From: Leptogorgia sarmentosa
Taxonomy: Eukaryota
Assembly (NCBI GenBank): GCA_964658305.1
Contig: OZ210884.1
Span: 4,650,001-4,714,000, forward strand
Reading direction: 5' to 3'
DNA length: 64,000 bases
Shown here: piece after piece, positions 27,601 to 42,600 of the stretch
Layout of the letters: every line of letters begins with the position of its first letter
Numbering within the stretch: position 1 is the first letter of the stretch
The notes under the pieces: model-generated
The model's input: only the letters and a program-made list of their open reading frames with translations
Databases searched by the model: none
Told to the model about the DNA's origin: nothing
Program-made: the position numbers and the translations under genes

Positions 27601-30600
27601 TCGGTAATTAACAGCAATTGTTGAATGTAGACACTAAATCGGCAATAAGGCCTTGTCTCCGTTCGTTTGGGGGGGGGGGGGGGGGGGGAGGGGGGGGTAC
27701 TTATTGACTTATCACTTACGAACTGTTTATTACTTTTGATTCACATTTGGTCGCTTTCTGGTCATGAATTTATTGAATTAACTAGTGCACTCAAATGTCA
27801 AAAACAATTAACAATTGCTGTCAAACATTTCGCGTTAGGCGGCTGCGAATAACTTGAAACTGCTAAATCTTATTCTATCGAAACTTGTGTCTAAATTAAT
27901 TTAAAAATTTCTTCTAGTATTTTCATTTTATTGACAAAAACATGTTTTTCTTAACAAGGAAAACTTAGCGTCGCCGCTCATACTCAAACATCGCGATTTA
28001 AAACAAATTTATTGGCGGGAAATTATCACCTGATCCATATAACGAGCGAATTAGATAAGGGAAGTATCTCGTTGTGTATATTTCGGTATTTGTTGTCTTC
28101 TGTATAGCGAAATTTAACAAATCATGGTGTTGCAAATTAGTTATGAGCACTTTATCTATATTTCACGTACCATTGTATGTTGCTGGTAGAGTTATTGCGG
28201 TGTTACCATCAAGTACAATTCCGCGAAGGAGTTCGATATTTAGATTTGGCAAGATCACTCGTAACGATTTTGTGCAGGAAGGTTCTCCATTTCCACAAGG
28301 TTCATTCACCTGCCTAATTTCAAATGTGTTGTTCACGCAGTCTTTAGCCAAAACATACTCGCATCTTCCCATGAAGTCATAATATGTGCCATCAAATGTA
28401 CGGTAATGTGGATCACCTGTTGCCTCACATGTAGCCTTGACTGTATAATAAGAAAATTATTAGCAACTTGCTGACGGAGAGCGACAATATCATAATGTAC
28501 AATTCGGCATATGTACAATTCAAAATGAGCTCAAACGATGTACAGCGATGAACCTAATTATTGCACTGTACTTCGTTAAACTGACAAAAAACAGTTTCGC
28601 GTCTCCCATTGTTAACCTCTCGGTAATAAAGCGCTCACTTTCGGAATGCTCCTCGTTGTTCATTTTAACAAATTCTGCGTTAATAAATGAAATTTCATTA
28701 ATTATGAAAGCTTTTTGTGATTGTTTTCCTAAAGGGGTAATAAAAACTGCGCATTCCCCGTGGGCAATACGGGAAAATCCTGCCCCGTCGTCAGCAGCCA
28801 ATCAGATTGCGCCATTCGGCAAAAAAATGCTTTTCATATCTTTAAAAGCAGAACATAATTTATGTATCATTTCCACAACCTGTCATTGGCTGACCGGAAT
28901 ATTCCCAATAATTTTTCTCCTAATATAATTACTTTTTATTATTAACAACTAAACCCACAGGACTTTTTTAAATATAGCACAACTACGGAATATCATATTT
29001 AAATATTGCTTACTTGGACGGCAATCAGGTTCTTCATAATCATCTTTGCAGACACACTTGAATATATCGTTCACTTGGACACACTCTTCTCGTTCTCCAC
29101 AAGAAAGAATACTACAATTTGTAGCTTAAAAGAGATATAAGGGTGATTTAGCAACCTGACAGATAATATATCCACGTTGAAGTCATATTTACATTGAAGA
29201 CAGTTTTTGCAATTACCTTCACAGTTAAATCCATCACCAATGAAACCATCGTTACAGGTGCAATTATGAGAGCCGAATAAATTTCTGCACGTAGCATTTT
29301 GGTGGCAGGGACTATCTTCCATACATTCATTCACGTCTGAAAGATGTGAAACATTATTTTAATATTGATCATGAAGAATAATACAACAGTTTTGTTTACT
29401 TTTTCACTTATGTTGATAAACAGCCCTTACGGAAAATTCACATAAGATTTGACATGTGAAATGCTAATTTCACATGTGATTTAGCCAATTTCACATGTGA
29501 AACGCTAATTTCACATGTGAAATTGCCAATTCACATGCTAAATTTTTACATGTGAAATGAAATTTTATGTGATATCTTTATTTCACATGGGAATATTTAT
29601 ATGTGAAATTAAATCACATGTGAAATCTTAAATTCACATGTGAAATTTTCATATGTGAAATTCAATCACATGTGAAATCCTTATATCTCATGTGAAAATG
29701 TCTATGTGAACTTGACAAGGTTTTAATTAGCCCTGTTATAAGAAGAAAATTAATCGCATTCGTTTCTAAATTACGATTTTTTAAGTAAAACGAAATGAAA
29801 GGGAATTTTTATTGTGTTAAGTGTTTCAAACACGAATCTTACCAATCTGACAAAAAGCATTTAAAATCGCAGATATAACACTTTCGAAAAAGAAACACAG
29901 CTGCTGATTTACGTACCTATACAGTCAGTGCCATTGTTCTCAAAACCATCATTACAAGTGCAGTTAAAACCTCCCAGATAGTCAGTGCAAATAGCGTTGT
30001 CATGGCAATACGTTCCCGAACAACATTCGTCGTCGTCTATAGCAAAAAACAACCAAAAGGGGATGGTTAGTCAACAGAATAACCAACTTCGATTCATCCA
30101 AACTTATCGATGAACATGAACGTAAAACTACGCTATCAATTAGAATTAAGATCTGAAAAGATTCTGGATATAGCTACGGGGGTATTTCGTAGTTCCGGAA
30201 TTTCAAACAAACACTCGACATAATTACACCGTGAAAATTCGAAAACTCACCATATGCGACAATTATATCACGTATTTCAGCACTGTATGTGAAATTGCTT
30301 TGCACTTCAAGCGATTCTTTTGAGATTTTGTCAATGCGATTATTTTCCGTATCCAGGACATACAAATGAAGAACGTCTGATGTCAAAATGATTGGATAAA
30401 AATAGGTTATGTTCAGGTCACTTGTTTGTCCAGTGAATAGAGTTCTCATCACCCTGTGACTGCTTCCATCGTAATTAGCCCAGTATATCGCGTCATTGTA
30501 TTGATCAATAGTGATTGATTGTCCAGCACCACCAGCCATAAGGTTCATTACGTTCCCAGTTGATGGATCGTACCGTACGACGGCAGGATCAGTCGTTTTT

Positions 30601-33600
30601 GCAATGTAGAGGTAACTGTGAAGAAGGAAAATAATTTTGATAATTTTCTCCAATCACACACAGCAACAAAAAAATTTCCTCCAAAAATGTTACAACACCA
30701 AAAAAGCAACCCTAATTTAACGAAAATCTATCGATGCTTACCCATTTCTCATGTCCACTTCCATATCTTTCATTCCTGAAACAGTTGATAGTTGTGCAAC
30801 TTCACCGTCCGTACCACTTTCGATATCGTAAACATATATCTTGTCTTGTAATTCGTGATGATAATATATCAACTGGTTTCGTCCATCAACCGCGAAAAAT
30901 TCCACATCGTCGAGATCAAACTCAGTCTGGTTTGACCCATCCAACTTATAACTAAACATTTTATCGCCGGCATAAAGATATAGCCGCTTCTTCATTCCGT
31001 CGAAAGATAACCGTGCATTATTTATGTTGTCATTCACCATGCTGGGGGTATTGGTAGATTTTAGTTTGTTATGATATAGTGTACCAGAGGATGTCGAAAA
31101 GAACACATATGGTATTTGGCAACGATCTAGAGGAAAAAACGTTATATTTTGAATGAAAAGACAAGGATAAACCCAATTATATAGCTAACACAATGAACAT
31201 TAAAGCCACAGCTCTCCTAATTTCTACGCTGTTGAACCAGATTAGCCATGTTGCTTTTTTTTCCGAAATACTTGGAAAATCAATAAAACGATACCATCAC
31301 TATTTTAAAGTTTCAAACTTACTCAACGTTTATTGCGAATCGCTTTTAGCTAACATTGCTTTTTCTTTTATTATGGATCATCGTGATTGTTATACTTTTT
31401 TTCCTTCTTTTAACACAACGATTTAGTTGTTTTAAATATAGAATTTTGGTGAAAGTTAAGATACAGTCTCGTGCATTTTTTTTATATTTTAATTTACCTT
31501 CAATTTCACATCTTTCACCCATGAATCCAGCGGGACAACTGCATTCAAATGAAGAATCAACGTTCCTACAAGTTCCACCATTGCAACATGGGGCACTTGC
31601 ACATGAGCTATCTACAATGGAGAATAACAAGGCGAGCTTAATTCATATCGACATACGTGATAAAGGGAAGCTTCAACTATGACACTAGTGTTTTGCAAGT
31701 GCCATAGCATCTTATTGCACGATTTTGAAACAATTAATCTTGACTTACTGCAGATTGCGAATTGGTCCAATTGTCTCCAATGTATTGAAACATATTGAGC
31801 ACAGTCTGCAGAATAAGCATCGAGAGCTTGACAATAACAAACGTCAGGATCGTCCTTACAAGCGCACATATCGTACACACAATTATCGTAGTATCCTCTC
31901 GCAGTGGCATTAATATGGTTAGCACATGAGTTGAAGGGAGGGCTGAATAATATAGAACAGTTGGCTTGGGCTATTGAAAGCCTGCTCGAGTTAGCCATAC
32001 ATGGATGCATTACTTCCGTCGCGTTAGCACAACTAGGATCAACTTTCCAAGAATTTCCAAATTCCACTGCATCATTAACAATTGTACCATAAGATGTCCA
32101 GAAGTCGTCGTTTTCCATTTGGTTGAAATTGCCGCATAATCCAACTGTTCGATTCACATAGCGCCCCCTGATTGTCACACGAGCATTATAAACATTGTTC
32201 CAAAACACGGTCACACCGTAGTCACTTGTTATTAAGGTATATCCATTGTTAGCTTCAGATATGTTGAAACCTTTAGAGAAAACAGCAAAGTTAAAATTAA
32301 AAAGGCAATGTAGTGTTGTAAACACAACACCGTCTTACTTACCTGGGTAACTGACTGGTAGTGGTGATGATACCTCTCCACCATTTACCAAAATCATTCC
32401 TCTACGGAGTTCGATAGAATAACTTAGGAAGATCACTGTTAACGACTTTGTGCACGAATGTAATCCACTTGCACAGGGTTCATTTTTCTGCCGCACTTCA
32501 AACATGTCGCCCACAATATCTTTGGCCAAAACATATTCGCATGTCCCCATAAAGTCATAAAGCTTTCCATCAAAAGTTGAATAATGCGGATCTCCTCGGG
32601 TATGGCAACTTCTTTCAACTAGATATAAATATAGATATAAGAGTGTCACAAATGGTATGCTTAAAAATTCAAAATGAAAAATATGAGCATTTTTACACCC
32701 ATGGAAACTTTGTGTCATTAAATGGGTTAATTTCTTATTTTGGAATTTCCAATTTTATTCAATTTCGTATTATATTTGGCACCATTTATCCCCAAGTAAC
32801 GGCGCAATGGCATTAACTTCAACTGTAATAGCACCCTGGTAACGAATTGTGAATTTCCTGAAAATCGTGTTGGGGGGGGGGGGGGGTCGTCGGTCGTCAT
32901 TCCAGGTGAGTGGGAGCTCATCACCTTTCACCTGCGCTCTTGGTTTCCGTGAGAAATCAGCATGCCAACGCAAACGTTCTTGATTGTCGACGAATATTTG
33001 AAAAGTTTGAGTAGTTTATCTGAATATTTCAATTATGATCAATTGAAATTTGAATTCCAATTAGTAAACCCACTTTAAGTCGTGGAAATGATTTTCTTAC
33101 CCAGTTCGCAGTTAGGTTCTCTGTAATCAGCTTTACAAACGCATTTGAAGATGTTACCAACTTGACCACACTCTTCGTTTTCTCCACAAGAAATAACGCT
33201 GCAGTTTGTCCCTGAAAAAATGTTATCAGTCTTACTTAATTTCTAGGAAATAACGTTTTTTCAAGATAAAAAGTTTGGATATATACAAAATACGTTTGAA
33301 GCATTTGTTATTTTTTCAGAAATTTGTATAACGTGGTTGCAGCAAAGACGAATAACTCTGGAATTTCGAGATAATCCAGAAAAAATGCGTCGACTTTCTG
33401 CATGTACATGTCGAGTTATAGGAATATTTATGTATGTAAAATGTTTAACACTCTCTTCTATTCTGTTCATGTACCATCCCACCCTCACATGCATGTATCA
33501 CCGCAAAATTCTGTGTCCCACCATCATGATTATTATCATGATCACTAAGTTAGTGCAGATAATCAACTTCATTTCTATTTTTGATATGATTTTACCTTCA

Positions 33601-36600
33601 CAAACAACACCAGTTCCATTAAAACCTTCGTTGCAATCACATTCAAACGAGCCAATTGAATTAGTACAGGTGGCATTCTGGTGACAGGGGTAGTCCTCGC
33701 ATTCATTAATATCTAAAAATAGTTTAACACAAATATTGGATTGTAGATGCAGTATTGCCTGTAGAACAGTCTTGTTTTCAAATATACCTTCTTGTTGCGT
33801 AATATCCGTTTTCAGTTCAGTGAAAATAACGCACGCATCGATAGAAAGTATAAATGTTCGAGTTGAGCAAACTTTCTTCTTCAGGCGAGAAGGAAGCATT
33901 TTATTCTTTGGCAAAACGATGTTCTGACGTAAAAATCTAGTTATTTTTTAGACGCGTATCTCTTAATGGTTGGGTTAGCTATAGCAAAATTTGTCAAAAA
34001 GCGCTGTAAAGTGAGAATTCTAAAAATTTGTATAGTAAAACATTCTCGTCCTAAGTGTATTAGCGTACCTGTACAATCTGTGCCATTGCTGGTAAAACCA
34101 TTGATGCAAGTGCAGTTGAAACCTCCAAGATAATCAGTACAGGTAGCGTTCTTGTGGCAATACGTTCCAATACAACATTCGTCGTCGTCTAGCGAAAATG
34201 AAGTAGTATATATTAAATAAAAGCAAGTATACACCTAATTGTACACCAACCTAGTTTAAGTACGAAACAGCCATTTACCAATTTCTATGTGTAAGGGTGA
34301 ATTCATAAACAAAACAAGACAAATTCATCCTAACTTTACAAGCGATTGAAACGAACAAACTCTTCTTCATATTTCGATTTTTATATTCACTTTTGTTTCA
34401 AAAAGTACGGGACGAAATTATTTTCAGAAAATACTCTTAATATATGACACTAGTCAGCAGTGAACAATTTATTACAACTGCGGCCTAAACTGGAAACTCT
34501 CGAAAGATAGCTTGATAGATATTCGTACGTAGTTCTAAAATTTTAAACAAACTCTATATTACTCACCATATGCCACAATTATGTCAAGTATATCACCTCT
34601 GTATGTGAAATTGCTTTGCACTTCAAGCGATTCTTTTGAGATTTTGTCAATGCGATTATTTTCCGTATCCAGGACATACAAATGAAGAACGTCTGATGTC
34701 AAAATGATTGGATCAAAATAGGTTATGTTCAGGTCACTTGTTTGTCCAGTGAATAGAGTTCTCATCACCCTGTGCCTGCTTCCATCGTAATTAGCCCAGT
34801 ATATCGCGTCATTGTATTGATCAATAGTAATTGATTGTCCAGCACCACCAGTCATGAGGTTCATTACGTTCCCAGTTGATGGATCGTACCGTACGACGGC
34901 AGGATCAGTCGTTTTTGTAATGTACAGGTAGCTGTGAAGAAAGAAAATAATTTCGATAATTTTCTCCCATCACAGACATCAACTAAAAAACTTCCTCCAT
35001 AAATGTTGCAACACCAAAAAAGCAACCCTATCCTTTTAAAAACAATTTCAGACGGTAATGTATTTTGAGCTAGGGTTAGGAAATATCGTTAACTTAACGA
35101 AAATCCATTTATGCTTACCCATTTCTCATGTCCACTTCCATATCTTTCACTCCTGAAACAGTTGATAGTTGTGCAACTTCACCGTCCGTACCACTTTCGA
35201 TATCGTAAACATATATCTTGTCTTGTAATTCGTGATGATAATATATCAACTGGTTTCGTCCATCAACCGCGAAAAATTCCACATCGTCGAGATCAAACTC
35301 AGTCTGGTTTGACCCATCCAACTTATAACTAAACATTTTATCGCCGGCATAAAGATATAGCCGCTTGTTTATTCCGTCGAAAGATAACAGTGCATTATTT
35401 ATGTTGTCATTCACCATGCTGGGGGTATTGTTAGATTTTAGTTTGTTATGATATAGCGTACCAGAGGATGTCGAAAAGAACACATATGGTATTTGGCAAC
35501 GATCTAGAAGAAAAAACGTTATATTTTGAATGAAAAGACAAGGATAAACCCAATTATATAGCTAACACAATGAACATTAAAGTCACAGCTCTCCTAATTT
35601 CTACGCTGTTGAACCAGATTAGCCATGTTGCTTTTTTTTCCGAAATACTTGGAAAATCAATAAAACGATACCATCACTATTTTAAAGTTTCAAACTTACT
35701 CAATGTTTATTGCGAATCGCTTTTAGCTAACATTGCTTTTTCTTTTATTATGGATCATCGTGATTGTTGTGCTTTTTTCCCTTCTTTTAATACAACGATT
35801 TAGTTGTTTTACACATAGAATTTCGCTGAAAGTTAAGATACATTCTCGTGCATTTTTCTTATATTTTAATTTACCTTCAATTTCACATCTTTCACCCATG
35901 AATCCAGCGGGACAACTGCATTCAAATGAAGAATCAACGTTCCTACAAGTTCCACCATTGCAACATGGGGCACTTGCACATGAGCTATCTACAATGGAGA
36001 ATAACAAGGCGAGCTTAATTCATATCGACATACGTCATAATGGGAAGCTTCAACTATGACACTAGTGTTTTGCAAGTGCCATAGCATCTTATTGCACGAT
36101 TTTGAAACAATTAATCTTGACTTACTGCAGATTGCGAACTGGTCCAATTGTCTCCAATGTATTGAAACATATTGAGCACAGTCTGCAGAATAAGCATCGA
36201 GAGCTTGACAATAACAAACGTCAGGATCGTCCTTACAAGCGCACATATCGTACACACAATTATCGTAGTATCCTCTCGCAGTGGCATTAATATGGCTAGC
36301 ACATGAGTTGAAAGGAGGGCTGAATAATATAGAACAGTTGGCTTGGGCTATTGAAAGCCTGCTCGAGTTAGCCATACATGGATGCATTACTTCCGTCGCG
36401 TTAGCACAACTAGGATCAACTTTCCAAGAATTTCCAAATTCCACTGCATCATTAACAATTGTACCATAAGATGTCCAGAAGTCGTCGTCTTCCATTTGGT
36501 TGAAATTGCCGCATAATCCAACTGTTCGATTCACATAGCGCCCCCTGATTGTCACACGAGCATTATAAACATTGTTCCAAAACACGGTCACACCGTAGTC

Positions 36601-39600
36601 ACTTGTTATTAAGGTATATCCATTGTTAGCTTCAGATATGTTGAAACCTTTAGAGAAAACAGCAAAGTTAAAATTAAAAAGGCAATGTAGTGTTGTAAAC
36701 ACAACACCGTCTTACTTACCTGGGTAACTGACTGGTAGTGGTGATGATACCTCTCCACCATTTACCAAAATCATTCCTCTACGGAGCTCGATAGAATAAC
36801 TTAGGAAGATCACTGTTAACGACTTTGTGCACGAATGTAATCCACTTGCACAGGGTTCATTTTTCTGCCGCACTTCAAACATGTCGCCCACAATATCTTT
36901 GGCCAAAACATATTCGCATGTCCCCATAAAGTCATAAAGCTTTCCATCAAAAGTTGAATAATGCGGATCTCCTCGGGTATGGCAACTTCTTTCAACTAGA
37001 TATAAATATAGATATAAGAGTGTCACAAATGGTATGCTTAAAAATTCAAAATGAAAAATATGAGCATTTTTACACCCATGGAAACTTTGTGTCATTAAAT
37101 GGGTTAATTTCTTATTTTGGAATTTCCAATTTTCTTCAATTTGGTATTATATTTGGCACCATTTATCTCCAAGTAACGGCGCAATGGCATTAACTTCAAC
37201 TGTAATAGCACCCTGGTACGAATTGTGAATTTCCTGAAAATCGTGTTTGGGGGGGGGGGGGGGGGGGCTCGTCGGTCATCATTCCAGGTGAGTGGGAGCT
37301 CATCACCTTTCACCAGCGCTCTTGGTTTCCGTGAGAAATCAGCATGCCAACACAAACGTTCTTGATTGTCGACGAATATTTGAAAAATTTGAGTAGTTTA
37401 TCTGAATATTTCAATTATGATCAATTGAAATTTGAATTCCAATTAGTAAACCCACTTTAAGTCGTGGAAATGATTTTCTTACCCAGTTCGCAGTTAGGTT
37501 CTCTGTAATCAGCTTTACAAACGCATTTGAAGATGTTACCAACTTGACCACACTCTTCGTTTTCTCCACAAGAAATAACGCTGCAGTTTGTCCCTGAAAA
37601 AATGTTATCAGTCTTACTTAATTTCTAGGAAATAACGTTTTTTCAAGATAAAAAGTTTGGATATATACAAAATACGTTTGAAGCATTTGTTATTTTTTCA
37701 GAAATTTGTATAACGTGGTTGCAGCAAAGACGAATAATTCTGGAATTTCGAGATAATCCAGAAAAAATGCGTCGACTTTCTGCATGTACATGTCGAGTTA
37801 TAGGAATATTTATGTATGTAAAATGTTTAACACTCTCTTCTATTCTGTTCATGTACCATCCCACCCTCACATGCATGTATCACCGCAAAATTCTGTGTCC
37901 CACCATCATGATTATTATCATGATCACTAAGTTAGTGCAGATAATCAACTTCATTTCTATTTTTGATATGATTTTACCTTCACAAACAACACCAGTTCCA
38001 TTAAAACCTTCGTTGCAATCACATTCAAAGGAGCCAATTGAATTAGTACAGGTGGCATTCTGGTGACAGGGGTAGTCCTCGCATTCATTAATATCTAAAA
38101 ATAGTTTAACACAAATATTGGATTGTAGATGCAGTATTGCCTGTAGAACAGTCTTGTTTTCAAATATACCTTCTTGTTGCGTAATATCCGTTTTCAGTTC
38201 AGTGAAAATAACGCACGCATCGATAGAAAGTATAAATGTTCGAGTTGAGCAAACTTTCTTCTTCAGACGAGAAGGAAGCATTTTATTCTTTGGCAAAACG
38301 ATGTTCTGACGTAAAAATCTAGTTATTTTTTAGACGCGTATCTCTTAATGGTTGGGTTAGCTATAGCAAAATTTGTCAAAAAGCGCTGTAAAGTGAGAAT
38401 TCTAAAAATTTGTATAGTAAAACATTCTCGTCCTAAGTGTATTAGCGTACCTGTACAATCTGTGCCATTGCTGGTAAAACCATTGATGCAAGTGCAGTTG
38501 AAACCTCCAAGATAATCAGTACAGGTAGCGTTCTTGTGGCAATACGTTCCAATACAACATTCGTCGTCGTCTAGCGAAAATGAAGTAGTATATATTAAAT
38601 AAAAGCAAGTATACACCTAATTGTACACCAACCTAGTTTAAGTACGAAACAGCCATTTACCAATTTCTATGTGTAAGGGTGAATTCATAAACAAAACAAG
38701 ACAAATTCATCCTAACTTTACAAGCGATTGAAACGAACAAACTCTTCTTCATATTTCGATTTTTATATTCACTTTTGTTTCAAAAAGTACGGGACGAAAT
38801 TATTTTCAGAAAATACTCTTAATATATGACACTAGTCAGCAGTGAACAATTTATTACAACTGCGGCCTAAACTGGAAACTCTCGAAAGATAGCTTGATAG
38901 ATATTCGTACGTAGTTCTAAAATTTTAAACAAACTCTATATTACTCACCATATGCCACAATTATGTCATGTATATCACCGCTGTATGTGAAATTGCTTTG
39001 CACTTCAAGCGATTCTTTTGAGATTTTGTCAATGCGATTATTTTCCGTATCCAGGACATACAAATGAAGAACGTCTGATGTCAAAATGATTGGATCAAAA
39101 TAGGTTATGTTCAGGTCACTTGTTTGTCCAGTGAATAGAGTTCTCATCACCCTGTGCCTGCTTCCATCGTAATTAGCCCAGTATATCGCGTCATTGTATT
39201 GATCAATAGTAATTGATTGTCCAGCACCACCAGTCATGAGGTTCATTACGTTCCCAGTTGATGGATCGTACCGTACGACGGCAGGATCAGTCGTTTTTGT
39301 AATGTACAGGTAGCTGTGAAGAAAGAAAATAATTTCGATAATTTTCTCCCATCACAGACATCAACTAAAAAACTTCCTCCATAAATGTTGCAACACCAAA
39401 AAAGCAACCCTATCCTTTTAAAAACAATTTCAGACGGTAATGTATTTTGAGCTAGGGTTAGGAAATATCGTTAACTTAACGAAAATCCATTTATGCTTAC
39501 CCATTTCTCATGTCCACTTCCATATCTTTCACTCCTGAAACAGTTGATAGTTGTGCAACTTCACCGTCCGTACCACTTTCGATATCGTAAACATATATCT

Positions 39601-42600
39601 TGTCTTGTAATTCGTGATGATAATATATCAACTGGTTTCGTCCATCAACCGCGAAAAATTCCACATCGTCGAGATCAAACTCAGTCTGGTTTGACCCATC
39701 CAACTTATAACTAAACATTTTATCGCCGGCATAAAGATATAGCCGCTTGTTTATTCCGTCGAAAGATAACAGTGCATTATTTATGTTGTCATTCACCATG
39801 CTGGGGGTATTGTTAGATTTTAGTTTGTTATGATATAGCGTACCAGAGGATGTCGAAAAGAACACATATGGTATTTGGCAACGATCTAGAAGAAAAAACG
39901 TTATATTTTGAATGAAAAGACAAGGATAAACCCAATTATATAGCTAACACAATGAACATTAAAGTCACAGCTCTCCTAATTTCTACGCTGTTGAACCAGA
40001 TTAGCCATGTTGCTTTTTTTTCCGAAATACTTGGAAAATCAATAAAACGATACCATCACTATTTTAAAGTTTCAAACTTACTCAATGTTTATTGCGAATC
40101 GCTTTTAGCTAACATTGCTTTTTCTTTTATTATGGATCATCGTGATTGTTGTGCTTTTTTCCCTTCTTTTAATACAACGATTTAGTTGTTTTACACATAG
40201 AATTTCGCTGAAAGTTAAGATACATTCTCGTGCATTTTTCTTATATTTTAATTTACCTTCAATTTCACATCTTTCACCCATGAATCCAGCGGGACAACTG
40301 CATTCAAATGAAGAATCAACGTTCCTACAAGTTCCACCATTGCAACATGGGGCACTTGCACATGAGCTATCTACAATGGAGAATAACAAGGCGAGCTTAA
40401 TTCATATCGACATACGTCATAATGGGAAGCTTCAACTATGACACTAGTGTTTTGCAAGTGCCATAGCATCTTATTGCACGATTTTGAAACAATTAATCTT
40501 GACTTACTGCAGATTGCGAACTGGTCCAATTGTCTCCAATGTATTGAAACATATTGAGCACAGTCTGCAGAATAAGCATCGAGAGCTTGACAATAACAAA
40601 CGTCAGGATCGTCCTTACAAGCGCACATATCGTACACACAATTATCGTAGTATCCTCTCGCAGTGGCATTAATATGGCTAGCACATGAGTTGAAAGGAGG
40701 GCTGAATAATATAGAACAGTTGGCTTGGGCTATTGAAAGCCTGCTCGAGTTAGCCATACATGGATGCATTACTTCCGTCGCGTTAGCACAACTAGGATCA
40801 ACTTTCCAAGAATTTCCAAATTCCACTGCATCATTAACAATTGTACCATAAGATGTCCAGAAGTCGTCGTCTTCCATTTGGTTGAAATTGCCGCATAATC
40901 CAACTGTTCGATTCACATAGCGCCCCCTGATTGTCACACGAGCATTATAAACATTGTTCCAAAACACGGTCACACCGTAGTCACTTGTTATTAAGGTATA
41001 TCCATTGTTAGCTTCAGATATGTTGAAACCTTTAGAGAAAACAGCAAAGTTAAAATTAAAAAGGCAATGTAGTGTTGTAAACACAACACCGTCTTACTTA
41101 CCTGGGTAACTGACTGGTAGTGGTGATGATACCTCTCCACCATTTACCAAAATCATTCCTCTACGGAGTTCGATAGAATAACTTAGGAAGATCACTGTTA
41201 ACGACTTTGTGCACGAATGTAATCCACTTGAACAGGGTTCATTTTTCTGCCGCACTTCAAACATGTCGCCCACAATATCTTTGGCCAAAACATATTCGCA
41301 TGTCCCCATAAAGTCATAAAGCTTTCCATCAAAAGTTGAATAATGCGGATCTCCTCGGGTATGGCAACTTCTTTCAACTAGATATAAATATAGATATAAG
41401 AGTGTCACAAATGGTATGCTTAAAAATTCAAAATGAAAAATATGAGCATTTTTACACCCATGGAAACTTTGTGTCATTAAATGGGTTAATTTCTTATTTT
41501 GGAATTTCCAATTTTCTTCAATTTGGTATTATAATTGGCACCATTTATCCCCAAGTAACGGCGCAATGGCATTATCTTTAACTGGAATAGCACCTTGGTA
41601 ACGAAATCTGAATTTCGGGAAAAATCGTGTTGGGGGGCCCGTTGGTCATAACTCCATGTGAGTGGGAGCTCATCACTTCACCTCCGCTCTTGGTTTCTCT
41701 GAGAAATCACTATACCTACACAAACGTTCTTGATTGACGGCGAATATTTGAAAAATTTGAGTAGTTTATCTGAATATTTCAATTATGATCAATTGAAATT
41801 TGAATTCCAATTAGTAAACCCACTTTAAGTCGTGGAAATGATTTTCTTACCCAGTTCGCAGTTAGGTTCTCTGTAATCAGCTTTACAAACGCATTTGAAG
41901 ATGTTACCAACTTGACCACACTCTTCGTTTTCTCCACAAGAAATAACGCTGCAGTTTGTCCCTGAAAAAATGTTATCAGTCTTACTTAATTTCTAGGAAA
42001 TAACGTTTTTTCAAGATAAAAAGTTTGGATATATACAAAATACGTTTGAAGCATTTGTTATTTTTTCAGAAATTTGTATAACGTGGTTGCAGCAAAGACG
42101 AATAACTCTGGAATTTCGAGATAATCCAGAAAAAATGCGTCGACTTTCTGCATGTACATGTCGAGTTATAGGAATATTTATGTATGTAAAATGTTTAACA
42201 CTCTCTTCTATTCTGTTCATGTACCATCCCACCCTCACATGCATGTATCACCGCAAAATTCTGTGTCCCACCATCATGATTATTATCATGATCACTAAGT
42301 TAGTGCAGATAATCAACTTCATTTCTATTTTTGATATGATTTTACCTTCACAAACAACACCAGTTCCATTAAAACCTTCGTTGCAATCACATTCAAACGA
42401 GCCAATTGAATTAGTACAGGTGGCATTCTGGTGACAGGGGTAGTCCTCGCATTCATTAATATCTAAAAATAGTTTAACACAAATATTGGATTGTAGATGC
42501 AGTATTGCCTGTAGAACAGTCTTGTTTTCAAATATACCTTCTTGTTGCGTAATATCCGTTTTCAGTTCAGTGAAAATAACGCACGCATCGATAGAAAGTA

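Noticed and set aside
27668..27697. Poly-G tracts (also ~12190-12295 and array type A introns) as functional G-quadruplexes
   Set aside because: Simple homopolymers or MITE relics of variable length with no independent support.
29435..29710. CRISPR-like array
   Set aside because: Eukaryotic intron, units only ~20 bp with no unique spacers, and no cas genes.
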